Source of the DNA: Vulcanimicrobiota bacterium
GTDB taxonomy: Bacteria; Vulcanimicrobiota; Xenobia; Xenobiales; JADMJV01
Assembly: GCA_050250895.1 (NCBI GenBank)
Contig: JBFWNU010000001.1
Location: 1-64,000, forward strand
DNA: 64,000 nucleotides
Direction of reading: 5' to 3'
Below are positions 43,810 to 53,884 of this stretch, piece by piece (within the stretch, counting starts at the first letter, position 1; the number at the start of each line of letters is the position of its first letter). Under the pieces are notes generated by a model. It had not been told where the DNA came from and did no database searches. It worked only from the letters and a program-made list of their open reading frames with translations. Position numbers and translations under genes: made by a program.

Positions 43810-45663
43810 CTAGAGCGCCTCGGCGAGCAGCGCCAGCACCCGCTCCACCGCCTCCTCGACGCTCAGCGCGCGGGTATCGAGGCGAAGTTCGGGGTGACTG
43901 GGAACCTCATAGGGCGAACTCACGCCGGTGAACTCTTGGATCACGTTCTGGTCGACCAGTTTGTAGAGGCCCTTAGGATCCCGCTGGCGGCAGGTCTCGA
44001 GGTCACAATCTACGTGAATCTCGACAAAGCGCCCCTCGGGCACCAGGCTGCGCGCAAAGGCGCGGTCAGCCGCGAAGGGAGAGATCAGGCTGCATAGCAC
44101 GATCTGCCCGTGCAGATAAGCCAATCGAGCCACTTCGGCAACTCGCCGGATGTTCTCGCTGCGGTCCTCGGGTGAAAAACCGAGGTCGCTATTGAGACCG
44201 TGCCGCAAGTTATCTCCATCCAGGAACATAGTCGAACGACCGGCCTCGAACAGACGGCGTTCCAGGCCTCGTGCGATGGTCGACTTGCCCGAGCCCGACA
44301 GGCCCGTAAACCAGACCACGGCGGCCCGATGCCCATAACGGTGCTCGCGGTCGTGCAGCGGCACGGCGCCCGCTTGATAGATCACGTTAGTGGCCCGCTG
44401 CACCCTATGCGGAGTAACATCCTCGATGGAAGACGCGGCCCCGCGAATCATGCCGGCGGCCACCGTCGAGTTGGTATCGAGGTCGACCAGCACGAAGTTG
44501 CCCGTGGCGCGGTTGGTGCGGTAGTGGTCGAAGAAAAGAGGGGCCGTGGTCACCAGTTGGGCCCGGCCGATCTCGTTGAGGCCCAGGGTCGGCGACTGCA
44601 CCCGATGCATGCTATTGACGTCGATTTGATAGGTGAGTTCCTCGACGTAGCACCGCACCTCGCGAGTGGTGTGCATCAACCGATACGGGCTGCCCAGCTT
44701 CATCGGGTGCTCGCTCAGCCAGCACAGGGTCACATCGAGGTGAGAACTCACCTGAGGAAGGTTTCTTGTCCGCACCAGCATCGACCCGCGACTGACATCA
44801 AGCTCGTCTTCGAGGGTCAACACCACCGAGTCGCCAGCCACGGCCTCTTGCAAAGGGCCATCGTAGGTCATGACCGATTTCACCCGGGTGCGTTGACCGG
44901 TGGGCAGCTCGACCACATCGTCTCCGGGTCGAATGCGCCCCGAGCTGACCTGACCTGCAAAGCCGCGAAAATCCTGGTTCGGTCGCAGCACCGTCTGAAC
45001 GGGAAAGCGAAAATCCACGATGTTGCGCGAGACTCCGACACTGACGCGCTCGAGAAAGTTGAGCAGCGTGGGGCCGTCATACCAGGGCGTGTTCTGACTG
45101 CGATGAGCCACGTTGTCGCCGCGCAGGGCCGAAATGGGGACATAAGTGACGTTGGCGGCCTCGAGGCGCGAAGCGAACGCCTGGAACTCTTCGCTGATGG
45201 AGTTGAAGACACGCTGATCAAAGTCGAGCAGGTCCATCTTGTTGATGGCCACGAGCAGGTGAGGTATGCCCAGCAAGGTCGAAATAAAGGCGTGGCGCCG
45301 GGTTTGGGTGGTGATGCCTTTGCGAGCGTCCACCAACAAAATGGCAAGCTCGGCCGTCGAGGCGCCCGTCACCATGTTGCGAGTGTACTGCTCGTGGCCC
45401 GGCGTGTCGGCAATGATGAACTTGCGCCGCGGTGTGCTGAAATAGCGATAGGCGACGTCGATGGTGATCTTTTGCTCGCGCTCGGCCCGCAGGCCATCGG
45501 TCACCAGGGCCAGGTCGATCTCCTCGTCGCCACGCGAACGGCTGGCCTCCTCCACCGCCTCCCAGGTATCCTCGAAAAGCGATTTGGTATCGTGCAGCAG
45601 CCGCCCGATGAGGGTGCTCTTGCCGTCGTCGACACTGCCGGCCGTGGTGAAACGAAGAAACAT
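43810..45663 (-). CDS. cysNC: Bifunctional sulfate adenylyltransferase subunit 1 / APS kinase
   Basis: GSVDDGKST, DTPGHEQY, NKMD; C-terminal TGLSGSGKST, LDGDNLR, DPKGLY. Confidence 0.95.
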   Translation of the reverse strand: MFLRFTTAGSVDDGKSTLIGRLLHDTKSLFEDTWEAVEEASRSRGDEEIDLALVTDGLRAEREQKITIDVAYRYFSTPRRKFIIADTPGHEQYTRNMVTGASTAELAILLVDARKGITTQTRRHAFISTLLGIPHLLVAINKMDLLDFDQRVFNSISEEFQAFASRLEAANVTYVPISALRGDNVAHRSQNTPWYDGPTLLNFLERVSVGVSRNIVDFRFPVQTVLRPNQDFRGFAGQVSSGRIRPGDDVVELPTGQRTRVKSVMTYDGPLQEAVAGDSVVLTLEDELDVSRGSMLVRTRNLPQVSSHLDVTLCWLSEHPMKLGSPYRLMHTTREVRCYVEELTYQIDVNSMHRVQSPTLGLNEIGRAQLVTTAPLFFDHYRTNRATGNFVLVDLDTNSTVAAGMIRGAASSIEDVTPHRVQRATNVIYQAGAVPLHDREHRYGHRAAVVWFTGLSGSGKSTIARGLERRLFEAGRSTMFLDGDNLRHGLNSDLGFSPEDRSENIRRVAEVARLAYLHGQIVLCSLISPFAADRAFARSLVPEGRFVEIHVDCDLETCRQRDPKGLYKLVDQNVIQEFTGVSSPYEVPSHPELRLDTRALSVEEAVERVLALLAEAL

Positions 45664-46568
45664 CAGAAATAGCCCAGCCGCTTGCGGTCTTCCATGGCCG
45701 CCGACGAGCGCCGATCGTCGGCCCGCCCGCCACGCTCGGTGAGGCGAGCCTGGGCAACCTCAGCCACGATCTCTTCGATGGTAGACGCCGTCGACTCGGT
45801 GGCCCCGGTGCACGTAATGTCGCCGATGGTGCGAAAGCGAATGGTCACCAGTTCGACCTCTTCGCCCGCCAGCGGCCTCACCCACTCGCTATGGGCCAGA
45901 ATCGTTCCCCCGGTGCGAACGACCTCGCGCTGGTGGGAGAAATACAAAGAGGGAAGCTCGATCTGCTTGGCCTGAATGTAGCGCCAGACGTCGAGTTCGG
46001 TCCAGTTGCTCAGAGGAAACACCCGAAAATGCTCGCCGGGAGCCTTGTGTCCGTTGTAAAGGCTCCACAACTCGGGTCGCTGGTTCTTGGGGTCCCACTG
46101 GCCGAACCGGTCGCGGTGCGAGAACACCCGCTCCTTGGCCCTGGCCTTCTCCTCATCCCGACGTCCTCCACCGAAACAGGCATCGAAACGAAACTCGGCC
46201 ACAGCGTCAAGCAAAGTCACCGTTTGGGCGGCATTGCGGCTGGGCCGCGCGCCCCCTTCCTCGGCCACTCGCCCTTTGTCGATAGAGTCCTGGACCGTCC
46301 TGACGATCAGGTCCACCCCCAACTCGTGGGCGAAGCGGTCGCGAAAGGCGATGGTCTCGTCGAAATTGTGGCCGGTGTCGATATGCATCATGGGAAAGGG
46401 CAAGCGGGCGGGAAAGAAAGCCCGGCGGGCCAGATGGGCCATCAAGATGGAGTCTTTGCCTCCCGAGAACAACAGCACCGGCCGCTCGAACTGGGCGACC
46501 GCCTCGCGAAAGATGTAGATGGCCTCGGACTCGAGCTGCTCGAGGTCGCCACGCACGGTCAACTGCAT
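45663..46568 (-). CDS. cysD: Sulfate adenylyltransferase subunit 2
   Basis: LESEAI, FSGGKDS, RRDEEKARAKER, WDPKNQRPELW, RVFPLSNWTE. Confidence 0.95.
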   Translation of the reverse strand: MQLTVRGDLEQLESEAIYIFREAVAQFERPVLLFSGGKDSILMAHLARRAFFPARLPFPMMHIDTGHNFDETIAFRDRFAHELGVDLIVRTVQDSIDKGRVAEEGGARPSRNAAQTVTLLDAVAEFRFDACFGGGRRDEEKARAKERVFSHRDRFGQWDPKNQRPELWSLYNGHKAPGEHFRVFPLSNWTELDVWRYIQAKQIELPSLYFSHQREVVRTGGTILAHSEWVRPLAGEEVELVTIRFRTIGDITCTGATESTASTIEEIVAEVAQARLTERGGRADDRRSSAAMEDRKRLGYF

Positions 46569-46633
46569 GCGGCCCCCGTTCCTGACACCTGCTGGCACTC
46601 CTCCCCCGAAGGCGTAGCCTCTCGTGCCCCGAA

Positions 46634-47119
46634 GTGAAAGCGATGATCCGCCGCCTGCAAGCCGACGAAGTCGAGGCCCTCAAGGCTATCCGCCTCGAGT
46701 CGCTGGCCACCGACCCGGCCGCCTTCTGCTCGACCTTCGACGGCGAATCGGCCCTGCCCGAGGCCGAGTGGGAGGCCCGCGCCCTTCGCGGGGCCGAGTC
46801 CGAGAGCCAGGCCGTCTTCGTGCTCGACCTCGGGCAGCTACGCGGAATCCTGGGCGTGGTGCTGGTCGAACCCGACCACGCCGACCTCTGGGGAGTGTTC
46901 GTCGCCCCCGACGCCCGCGGCCACGGCTGGGCCCGTCAACTGGTCGAGGCCGGCCTGGCCTGGGCCCGTCAGGCCGGCGCCACCCACATCACCCTCGAAG
47001 CCAACGCCGCCCTGGCGCCAGCCCTGGCCCTCTACCACGCCACCGGCTTCCAGCTCGACGGCCGCCGCCGCCAACTGGGGGACAAAGACCTGGTCGGCTT
47101 CACCAGAACCTTTCCCTAG
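46634..47119 (+). CDS. GNAT family N-acetyltransferase
   Basis: VFVAPDARGHG motif A, ALALYHATGF motif B. Confidence 0.85.
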   Translation: MKAMIRRLQADEVEALKAIRLESLATDPAAFCSTFDGESALPEAEWEARALRGAESESQAVFVLDLGQLRGILGVVLVEPDHADLWGVFVAPDARGHGWARQLVEAGLAWARQAGATHITLEANAALAPALALYHATGFQLDGRRRQLGDKDLVGFTRTFP

Positions 47120-47260
47120 GCTCGCTCAGTTCGAGGCTACAGGTCGATGGCGAACGAATCTGTCTAGAAAGTTCACAATTCCATCGACGGGAGCCCCGGA
47201 GCCCTCCGAGAAGAGGCACCAATTCCGGTTGTCGACACTGACGACCGTGATTGGAGCGCC

Positions 47261-48262
47261 ATGTCAAAACGTCACGATCGCTTGTTCAAAGAGCTGCTGA
47301 CCCTCTTTCTCTACGAATTCCTCGAGTTGTTCCTGGCCGAAATCGCCGAGGCCATCGACCCGGCCTGGATCGAGTTCTTCGACAAGGAAATGTTCACGGA
47401 ACTTGGCCTTGGTGACCGCCGCGAGGCCGATCTGGTGGCTCGTGTCGCTATCGACGGAAGACCCGCCTTCTGCCTGGTTCACGTCGAGCACCAGGCTCAG
47501 CACGACGAGGTCTTCGCCCGCCGGATGTTTCGCTACTGGAACATCCTCTACGAGCGCTACGACCTGCCGGTCTATCCCATCGCCGTTTTCTCATACTCCA
47601 CCAGGCTGGCTATTCCAGAAGGATACGAAGTTACCACCCTTGGCTTCACCCCAGTTGCATTCAGGTTCCGGGCGATTCACCTCAAGCGGCTTGCTTGGCG
47701 TGACTTCGCCCGCCACGAGAACCCCGTGGCAGCCGCTCTCATGGCCAGAATGAAAATACCCAAACGCGAGCGTGCGAGGGTGAAGCTGGCCTGTTTACGG
47801 CTGCTGGCCAACCTCAATATTGACAGGGCTCGTTCCTTCTACGTGGCCCACTTCGTGGAACAGTATCTACGACTCAATCCGCAGGAAGAACAAGAATTCT
47901 CTGCCGAAATAGAGAGTATCGCTCCTCAAGAAAGGGAGGCAGTCAGGAAGGTTACCAACAGTTGGTTCGAGCGCGGGCTTGAACAAGGCCTCGAGCAGGG
48001 ACGAGCACAAGGCCTGGAGCAGGGCCGTGAACAAGGCCTGGAGCAGGGTCTTCAAAAGGGACTCGAACGGGGCCGTCAGGCCATGCGTGAGTCTGCCTCG
48101 AAAATCCTCGAGAAGCGGTTCGGACCAATTCACCCCGACCTAAGAAGAGCGCTCGAGGCAGTGAAAGACGACGCCCAGCTCTCTTTGGCCATCGTGGCCG
48201 CGACCGAGGTGACCTCGTCAGCGGAGTTCCTGAAGCGTCTCTCGACGAGCAACCTCGACTGA
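47261..48262 (+). CDS. Rpn family (PD-(D/E)XK) protein
   Basis: HDRLFKELL, EADLV, VHVEHQ, RMFRY; C-terminal GLEQ repeats. Confidence 0.88.
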   Translation: MSKRHDRLFKELLTLFLYEFLELFLAEIAEAIDPAWIEFFDKEMFTELGLGDRREADLVARVAIDGRPAFCLVHVEHQAQHDEVFARRMFRYWNILYERYDLPVYPIAVFSYSTRLAIPEGYEVTTLGFTPVAFRFRAIHLKRLAWRDFARHENPVAAALMARMKIPKRERARVKLACLRLLANLNIDRARSFYVAHFVEQYLRLNPQEEQEFSAEIESIAPQEREAVRKVTNSWFERGLEQGLEQGRAQGLEQGREQGLEQGLQKGLERGRQAMRESASKILEKRFGPIHPDLRRALEAVKDDAQLSLAIVAATEVTSSAEFLKRLSTSNLD

Positions 48263-48277
48263 ATGGGCTTCGATACC

Positions 48278-48880
48278 GCGCCTCGGCGGTTTCCAAGATC
48301 GAGCGCCCACCCCACGCCCCACGCGACCCTCTCCGTGGCCTCCTAATCTCCGCGTTCATCCCCCAAGCGCCCACTGGCGAGCCACCCCAACTCGACGGGT
48401 ATCCAACCTCCGTCGCACTCGATGAGCCAGCCACGCCGTCGCCCCACGCCCCTCCACCCAAACCCTCAAGCCGTCTCACGACCGGCCACCGATCATCAGA
48501 GAGGCCGCCGCGCCGCAACCCCTACAACCTCTGCGTCTCGGCGCCTCGGCGGTTTCCAAGATCGAGCGCCCACCCCACGCCTCCTGATCTCCGTGTTCAT
48601 CCCCCAAGCGCCCACTGGCGAGCCACCCCGACCCGACGGGTATCCAACCTTAGTCGCACCTCGATGAGCCCGCCACGCCGTCGCCCCACCACCCAAACCC
48701 TCAAGCCGCCTCACGACAGGCCACCCAACATCAAGGAGGTCCCCGCCCAGCAACCCATACAACCTCGGCGCCTCGGCGGTAAAACCAACGGCGCCACCCC
48801 CAACCAACTCGAAGCGTTCCAGCCCCAAGCCACCCAGGTCGGCCCGACGCTCACCCCCCCCGCGGAACTCCGCGGTTAAC
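48278..48880. repeat. Non-coding C-rich repeat region: two diverged ~230-260 bp units plus terminal motifs
   Basis: GCGCCTCGGCGGT(TTCCAAGATCGAGCGCCC) at 48278, 48541 and (partial) 48768; CCGCGGAACTCCGCGG near 48860. Confidence 0.85.
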
Positions 48881-48909
48881 CTCATCGCCCCCTCGGCCGT
48901 AAAGCCCCC

Positions 48910-50232
48910 CTAAAGGAGCAAAGCCACCCCAAAGACCACCCCCGTCGTGAACAACACCGGGATGGTATAGCCGATGAGCTGGCGCGCTTCCAGGCCGGTA
49001 ATCGCTAGCAGAGGTAGGGCCCAGAAGGGCTGCAGCAGGTTGGTCCACTGATCGCCGTAAGCGATGGCCATGATCGCCTCGGGCTGGGCCAGGCCCAGGC
49101 GCGAGGCGGCCTCGACCACGATGGGGCCCTGGACGATCCACTGGCCGCCCCCGCTGGGGACGAACATGTTGACCAGCCCCGCCGACAGGAAGGTCAATAG
49201 GTAGAACACCTGGACACCGGTGGCCTGAAAGACCGACTGCGAGATGGTCACAAAAGCCGAAGCGATCAGCATGATCAGGCCGGCCGACTTCATGATGCCC
49301 ATGATGCCGGCGTAAAACGGAAACTGCAGCACGATACCGGCCACGCCTCCCGCGCCATCGGCGATGGCCTCGGCATAGGCTTTAGGCGAAGCGTGCAGGG
49401 CCAGGCCCAGCACCAGAAAGGCTAGATTGACCGTATTCAAGCCCGGGCTGAAGGGGCGGCTCAAGAGCCAGATGGTGCCGAGAAGGACGACCGCGAAAGC
49501 CAGCAACGGCGAGTGCTCGAGGCGCTCGGCCGGGGTTTGCTCGACCTGGGCGGGGGCCGGTGGCTCGGGTGGAGCCGCAGGGCACTCTTCGGGGTCTTCG
49601 GGCTGGAGATAGACCAGGGTCAGCGGGATCACTACCAGCAACACCAGCGTCACCACCAGGTTGCGAGGGGAGAGGATGGTCTGGCTGATAGGCACGACGC
49701 CTAAAATGTCGACCATCGAGTGTTGGGCCTCGGCCACCGTCAGCGGCGCCGAGCCCGACAGCCCGCCGTGCCAGATGCCCAGACCCGTATAGCCGGCGGC
49801 CCCCAGCAGGGGGTAGTGCACGGCCACTCCCCGGCGGCGGCAGTCGCGGCCAACATCGCGGGCCAGCAGGGCTCCGACGATCAGGCCGAAGCCCCAGTTG
49901 ACCCAGGCGGCAAGACATGCCGACACTGCCACCAACGCGATGGCCTGCGAAGAAGTGCGAGGCACTCCCACCAGCGCGGCCAGCAGTTTGCGGACCGGGC
50001 CGGCCTGAGTCAGCGCGTGACCGGTGACCAGAATCACGCACATCTGCATGCTAAAAGAGAGGAACTCCCAGAAGCCGTCGCCCCAGAAGCCGATCACCTC
50101 GACCAGGCCGTGGCCGGTTGCCACCAGGGCGGCCAGCAGGGTGACCAGGGTCAGCAGGATCGCGAATACGAAGGGGTCGGGCATGAATCGCCGGGCGAAC
50201 CGGTCGAAAAGCTGACCGACCCGGGCGATCAC
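48910..50232 (-). CDS. atoE: Short-chain fatty acid transporter (AtoE family)
   Basis: MPDPFVFA, FSMQM, WHGGLSGS, QFPFYAGI, VPSGGGQW, QPFWALP. Confidence 0.92.
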   Translation of the reverse strand: MIARVGQLFDRFARRFMPDPFVFAILLTLVTLLAALVATGHGLVEVIGFWGDGFWEFLSFSMQMCVILVTGHALTQAGPVRKLLAALVGVPRTSSQAIALVAVSACLAAWVNWGFGLIVGALLARDVGRDCRRRGVAVHYPLLGAAGYTGLGIWHGGLSGSAPLTVAEAQHSMVDILGVVPISQTILSPRNLVVTLVLLVVIPLTLVYLQPEDPEECPAAPPEPPAPAQVEQTPAERLEHSPLLAFAVVLLGTIWLLSRPFSPGLNTVNLAFLVLGLALHASPKAYAEAIADGAGGVAGIVLQFPFYAGIMGIMKSAGLIMLIASAFVTISQSVFQATGVQVFYLLTFLSAGLVNMFVPSGGGQWIVQGPIVVEAASRLGLAQPEAIMAIAYGDQWTNLLQPFWALPLLAITGLEARQLIGYTIPVLFTTGVVFGVALLL

Positions 50233-51071
50233 TTCAATTCGACCACTTCGCCCTCACGGGCGATGAAGGCGTCCAAATCGAGGGATTGTAGCTCGGCGGC
50301 GATGCGATCCAGGGCGGCGTCCTCGCGCCCCGGGTCATGGTGGTAAATGGCCAGACGGCGTGCCTGGGCCAGACGAGCCATCTCGACCGCCTCGCCGCAG
50401 GTTGAGTGGCCCCAATCGCGCTTGGACTCTCGCTCTTCGTCGAGAAATTGACCATCGTGAATGAGCAGGTCGACGCCCCGCACGAAATCGGCCACCTCGG
50501 GCCATCGCGACGGCCCTCCGGCATACTCGACATCGGTCAAATAACCCAGCGAAAGGTCGCCACATTCGACCCGATAGCCAGCCACCACGTTGTCGCTGCT
50601 GCGCGGCACCAGCATGGCCTTGACACGGACCGAGCCGAAGACGAGGTCGTGCTCGGGATATTCGTGCAGGGCCACGGTAGCCCCGATGTCGTCGCGCAAG
50701 AAGAAATTGGGCACCGGGCAATAGTCGGTCTCCATCTGGCGCAAGAGATTGTCGCGCAGAGAGAGGGTGCGACCGCCATAGCCCCAGATGTCGACCCGAT
50801 TCCCGGGGATGTACATGAGTGGAGCGAAGGGGATGCCCTGGATATGGTCCCAGTGGCAGTGGGCCAGGAACAACGCCAGGTGGTGCGATTTTCCGGGTTC
50901 GCTCTCGAGCAGATGGCTGCCCAGCCAGCGAAAGCCCATGCCAGCGTCGAGCACGATCGCGGGTGCTCCCGGGCAGCGCAGTAGCACGCACAAAGTGTTG
51001 CCGCCGTAGCCCAGATAGGCCTCGTCCGGGGTGGAGATCATTCCCCGGACCCCCCAGAACTCTACGCGCAC
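50229..51071 (-). CDS. MBL-fold metallo-hydrolase
   Basis: FWGVRG, GGNT, DAGMG, HCHWDH, WGHS, HHDP. Confidence 0.88.
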   Translation of the reverse strand: MRVEFWGVRGMISTPDEAYLGYGGNTLCVLLRCPGAPAIVLDAGMGFRWLGSHLLESEPGKSHHLALFLAHCHWDHIQGIPFAPLMYIPGNRVDIWGYGGRTLSLRDNLLRQMETDYCPVPNFFLRDDIGATVALHEYPEHDLVFGSVRVKAMLVPRSSDNVVAGYRVECGDLSLGYLTDVEYAGGPSRWPEVADFVRGVDLLIHDGQFLDEERESKRDWGHSTCGEAVEMARLAQARRLAIYHHDPGREDAALDRIAAELQSLDLDAFIAREGEVVELK

Positions 51072-51967
51072 CGCTCCACCCCCCCTGGGCGAATCTTCCA
51101 GCGACTGCCCTCCTGCGCGGCGTAAAGCGCCAGCGGCTTGTTGGTCAGCTTTTGACGGTAGTCGGCCACCTGTTCATCGAGCCCCTCGTCCGTCATCTCG
51201 GGGTTGTGGTGAAAGAGGAACAGGCTCGACGACTTGCAGCGCAGGCAGACCTCGATGCCGTCGTCAGGGGTCGAATGGCCCCAGTGCTTGCGTTCCCTGT
51301 ATTCCTGCGGAGTGAACATGGTGTCGTAGACGACCATGTCGGCGCCGTCGGCCAGGCGCAACTGATTGTCGTAGAGGCGTGCCAGCAACTCTTGCTCGTC
51401 ACCCTCGAGATATTCGGCCATGAGCAGGTCGCGCGAGGGGGCCACGTCGCTCACGTAGGCAAACACTCCCTCGCTGGTCTCGACGCGGAAGCCGGTCGAG
51501 ACCCCCGGGTGGTTCAGGCGCAGGCACATGACTTTGAAGGGGCCGATCTGATAGTGGGACTCTTCTTCGAGGATCGAAAACTCGATCTTGGACTTGAGCT
51601 GTTCGAGGGGGACAGGAAAAAAGTGGCTGTCCTGCTGCCAGCTGAGCAGGCGCTCGAGGGAATGCCGCGGACGATCGACCGAGTGTAGCATGAGCTTGTA
51701 TTCTTCGGAATAGGCGGGAGCGAAGAACGGAAAGCCCTGGATGTGGTCCCAGTGAGTGTGGCTGATGAGCAAGTGGAGCGGCTGGTCCTGGCCCAACCCG
51801 TGGGCGGTCAGATGCTGACCCAGGGCCCGAATGCCCGTGCCCGCGTCGATGATGAGATGAGACCCTTGAGACTGCAACTCCAAGCACGACGTGTTGCCGC
51901 CAAAACGCCGCACATGAGGCCTGGCCACGGGAAAGGAACCCCGGACGCCCCAGAAGGTCAGCTCCAC
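51062..51967 (-). CDS. MBL-fold metallo-hydrolase (paralogue)
   Basis: FWGVRGS, GGNTSC, HTHWDH, HPG, WGHS, HHNP. Confidence 0.9.
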   Translation of the reverse strand: MELTFWGVRGSFPVARPHVRRFGGNTSCLELQSQGSHLIIDAGTGIRALGQHLTAHGLGQDQPLHLLISHTHWDHIQGFPFFAPAYSEEYKLMLHSVDRPRHSLERLLSWQQDSHFFPVPLEQLKSKIEFSILEEESHYQIGPFKVMCLRLNHPGVSTGFRVETSEGVFAYVSDVAPSRDLLMAEYLEGDEQELLARLYDNQLRLADGADMVVYDTMFTPQEYRERKHWGHSTPDDGIEVCLRCKSSSLFLFHHNPEMTDEGLDEQVADYRQKLTNKPLALYAAQEGSRWKIRPGGVERCA

Positions 51968-52048
51968 CAGTGACTCCCCTCAGGTGAAAATAATTCTACT
52001 CAGCTTCTCCGGAAAGCGCCCCTGGCCTGCTGGGGAAGAGTAGAGCGC

Positions 52049-53722
52049 TCAGCGCAGGATTTCGGCGCGGGCTATAACCCCTTCGCAGTCGGTCACTCGC
52101 ACCTCGAGGGTCTCGCCGATCTTGTCGCCGGCGCCCATGACCTCGATCAGGTTGCCGTCGAGCACAGCCAGCGCGCTGCGACTGTCTTTGCCGAATCCGT
52201 CCTCTAGATAAACCCGCTCGCGGCGCCCTTTGCTCAAAGGTCGCAGCGAACGGGACAGGTCCTTGCGGCGGCCCGTGCTCACCGAATAGTCCTCTTGATG
52301 GAAGTCCTCGTCGACGGCCACCAGAATCAGCTTGCCCGTCTGGGACTCGAGAGCCTCGATGCCTTCTCCGTCCTGACCCACCAGGTCGATGCCCACGCGC
52401 GGGTGCAGGCGCACCAGCATCGCCTCTTCTTTGGAGTCGGCCGCCTGGCGAATGATCTCGCGGCGGGCTCGCAAGGCCACGGTGCCTGGCGAAAAGATGC
52501 GTCCGCGGCCAGTGCAATAGGGGCACTCTTCGCGGATGACGAGATCCAGGTCTTTGCCCTCGCGCTTGCGGGTGAGTTGCACCAGACCCAGCTCGGTCAT
52601 GCCCACCAGATGGGTGCGAGTGCGGTCCTTCTTGAGTTCTTCCACCAGCTCGGAGAGCAGGCGGCGGCGGTCGGAAGCCGACTCCATATCGATGAAGTCG
52701 ATGATGATGATGCCGCCGATGTCGCGCAAGCGCAACTGGCGACAGATCTCGGTGACGGCCTCGAGGTTGGTTTTGAGAATGGTGTCGGCCAGACTGGTCT
52801 TGCCGGTGTATTTTCCGGTGTTGACGTCGATGACCCAGAGGGCCTCGGTGCGGTCGATGATGAGATAACCGCCCGATTCGAGCCAGACCTTGCGATCGAG
52901 AGCCTTTTCAATCTCTTGATCGATGCCGTGAAACTCGAACAGCGGCAGCCGGTCGCTGTAGAGAAAGACCTTGTCGGCCATGGTGGGAGCGGTCGACTCG
53001 AGCCGCTCGACGATCTTGGCGTGCTCCTCGGCGTTGTCGATAATCAGCCGGCTGACGTCGGGGGTGAGGATGTCGCGCAGGATCTTATCGATCAGGGCCA
53101 ATTCTTGGTGGACGATGCAGGGCGCTTTGCGCCGCTTGGCGTTGCGCTGGATACGCTGCCAGGAACGCACCAGAAAGTCTAGCTCGCGCTTGAGGTCCTC
53201 GAGGGGGCGACCGCAGGAAGAGGTACGCACGATGACCCCCATGCCCTCGGGCTGGATCTTTTCGGCGATAGCGCGTAGGCGGACCCGCTCCTGATCGTCT
53301 TCGACCCGCCGCGACACGCCTACGTAGTTGGCCGAAGGGATCAAGACCAGATAGCGGCCGGGCAGGGTGACATAGGTAGTGACCCGAGCCCCTTTGGTGC
53401 CGACGGCCTCTTTGACCACCTGGACCAGGGCCTCTTCGTTTACCCTCAAAATGTCGCGAATGTCTGGCTTCTTGAGGCTGGCGGCCGCCTCGTCGCCCAG
53501 ATGGGCGGCGGCATCGTCGGCGCAAAGAAAGGCGTTGCGCTCGAGTCCCACGTCGACGAACGCGGCGTTCATGCCGGGCAGCACGTTGGCCACGCGGCCT
53601 TTGTAGACGCTACCGACCTGGCGCTCCTCGCGCGCGATCAAGAATTCCGAGAGAACGCCGTCCTCTAGCACGGCTGCTCGGCCCTCCCGCTCGTCGCGGG
53701 TGATTAAAATCTCTTTGTACAT
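52049..53722 (-). CDS. rng: Ribonuclease E/G family (RNase G-like) with C-terminal extension
   Basis: S1 domain VLPGMNAAFVD, IDVNTG, LRDIGGIIIIDFIDM, CPYC Zn-link. Confidence 0.92.
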   Translation of the reverse strand: MYKEILITRDEREGRAAVLEDGVLSEFLIAREERQVGSVYKGRVANVLPGMNAAFVDVGLERNAFLCADDAAAHLGDEAAASLKKPDIRDILRVNEEALVQVVKEAVGTKGARVTTYVTLPGRYLVLIPSANYVGVSRRVEDDQERVRLRAIAEKIQPEGMGVIVRTSSCGRPLEDLKRELDFLVRSWQRIQRNAKRRKAPCIVHQELALIDKILRDILTPDVSRLIIDNAEEHAKIVERLESTAPTMADKVFLYSDRLPLFEFHGIDQEIEKALDRKVWLESGGYLIIDRTEALWVIDVNTGKYTGKTSLADTILKTNLEAVTEICRQLRLRDIGGIIIIDFIDMESASDRRRLLSELVEELKKDRTRTHLVGMTELGLVQLTRKREGKDLDLVIREECPYCTGRGRIFSPGTVALRARREIIRQAADSKEEAMLVRLHPRVGIDLVGQDGEGIEALESQTGKLILVAVDEDFHQEDYSVSTGRRKDLSRSLRPLSKGRRERVYLEDGFGKDSRSALAVLDGNLIEVMGAGDKIGETLEVRVTDCEGVIARAEILR

Positions 53723-53884
53723 ACGGAGTGCGAAGTTCTATTCCGAAGCTGAAGATCCTGGTCTGTCCCCCCGCCCCCTCAATTCCAATGATTACAACAT
53801 TTCCACCAATCTCAAACGTATCCCCTGGCGTGGTTGCCCACGTTCGGCAGGAAACTCCCCTACGAGCCTCCAATTCCGCGGGAT

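Noticed and set aside
44200-45672. 490-aa + strand ORF
   Set aside because: Antisense shadow of cysNC, expected with high-GC codon bias; the same applies to 59950-61170, 52295-53182 and 16687-17787.
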